Origin: Candidatus Saccharimonadota bacterium
Lineage (GTDB): Bacteria; Patescibacteriota; Saccharimonadia; Saccharimonadales; Saccharimonadaceae
Direction of reading: 5' to 3'
Assembly (NCBI GenBank): GCA_016700015.1
Contig: CP064995.1
Coordinates: 840,001 to 872,000 of the forward strand
Length of the DNA: 32,000 nucleotides
Within the stretch, counting starts at the first letter, position 1. Every line of letters starts with the position of its first letter. The notes below the pieces were generated by a model that did not search any database, had not been told where the DNA came from, and saw only the letters and a program-made list of their open reading frames with translations. This document shows, piece after piece, positions 31,730 to 32,000 of this stretch. The position numbers and the translations under genes were made by a program.

Positions 31730-32000
31730 AGTGTAATTGTTTTAGTCGCACGATGCTTATTAGTTGAGGAAATAATAACTTGGTTATGAACAAAGAACCT
31801 AAGAAGATTTTTTTGTCTTGCAGTATCAAGTTCACCAAATACATCATCGAGTAGTACAAGTGGATATATGTCAGTGTGACGATGAACAATACTCGCTTCA
31901 ATATATTTTAAAGCCAAGACAATAGTACGAACCTCGCCACGCGAGGCAGTGTCCGAGGCATGGCTTGTATTGAGTTCAATCATAAAATCATGGCGATGAG
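31705..32000 (-). CDS. recF: DNA replication/repair protein RecF, 3' part (5' end beyond the window)
   Basis: The frame is open to the window edge (...HRHDFMIELN...). It shows the ABC-type signature SRGEVRTIVLALK and Walker B LVLLDDVFGELD. It converges with, and overlaps, the previous gene by 25 nt. Confidence 0.8.
   Translation of the reverse strand, partial: HRHDFMIELNTSHASDTASRGEVRTIVLALKYIEASIVHRHTDIYPLVLLDDVFGELDTARQKNLLRFFVHNQVIISSTNKHRATKTITLYSTTNST

Overview
This is a bacterial chromosomal window read with the standard genetic code; all long ORFs end at ordinary TAA/TAG/TGA stops. The gene content suggests a Patescibacteria/CPR organism, plausibly Saccharibacteria. That call rests on a FemX-type wall enzyme, ComF, Gram-positive-type T4SS parts, a family of tiny two-helix pilins and tightly packed genes, and it is inference, not proof. 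The first ~12 kb is mostly housekeeping: a FemAB-family transferase, valS, rlmH, a HIT hydrolase, ComF, Hsp20 and several membrane proteins. It also holds four single tRNA genes (Ser-CGA, Arg-GCG, Ser-GCU, Ser-UGA) and one visibly GC-richer orphan gene next to a tRNA. From ~12.1 kb to ~31.7 kb, plus a satellite gene at 8.6 kb, lies a ~20 kb type IV secretion-like locus. It contains seven paralogous VirB2/TrbC-like pilins and two giant paralogous VirB6-like membrane proteins. It also contains a Tat-signal lipoprotein, a PrgI/VirB3-like protein, and a VirB4 ATPase split into two ORFs beside a G6 tract. The remaining genes are a 972-aa membrane protein ending in a LAS-type zinc peptidase, a three-domain cell-wall hydrolase and a membrane-anchored beta-propeller protein. 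I could recognise no relaxase, coupling ATPase, VirB11, integrase, IS element, CRISPR array or rRNA. The window ends inside recF. Recurrent sequence-level patterns are: -10 boxes 7-10 nt from start codons (implying leaderless mRNAs), G6 tracts acting as coupling Shine-Dalgarno sites, and long hairpins that sequester the encoded CCA end of every tRNA.
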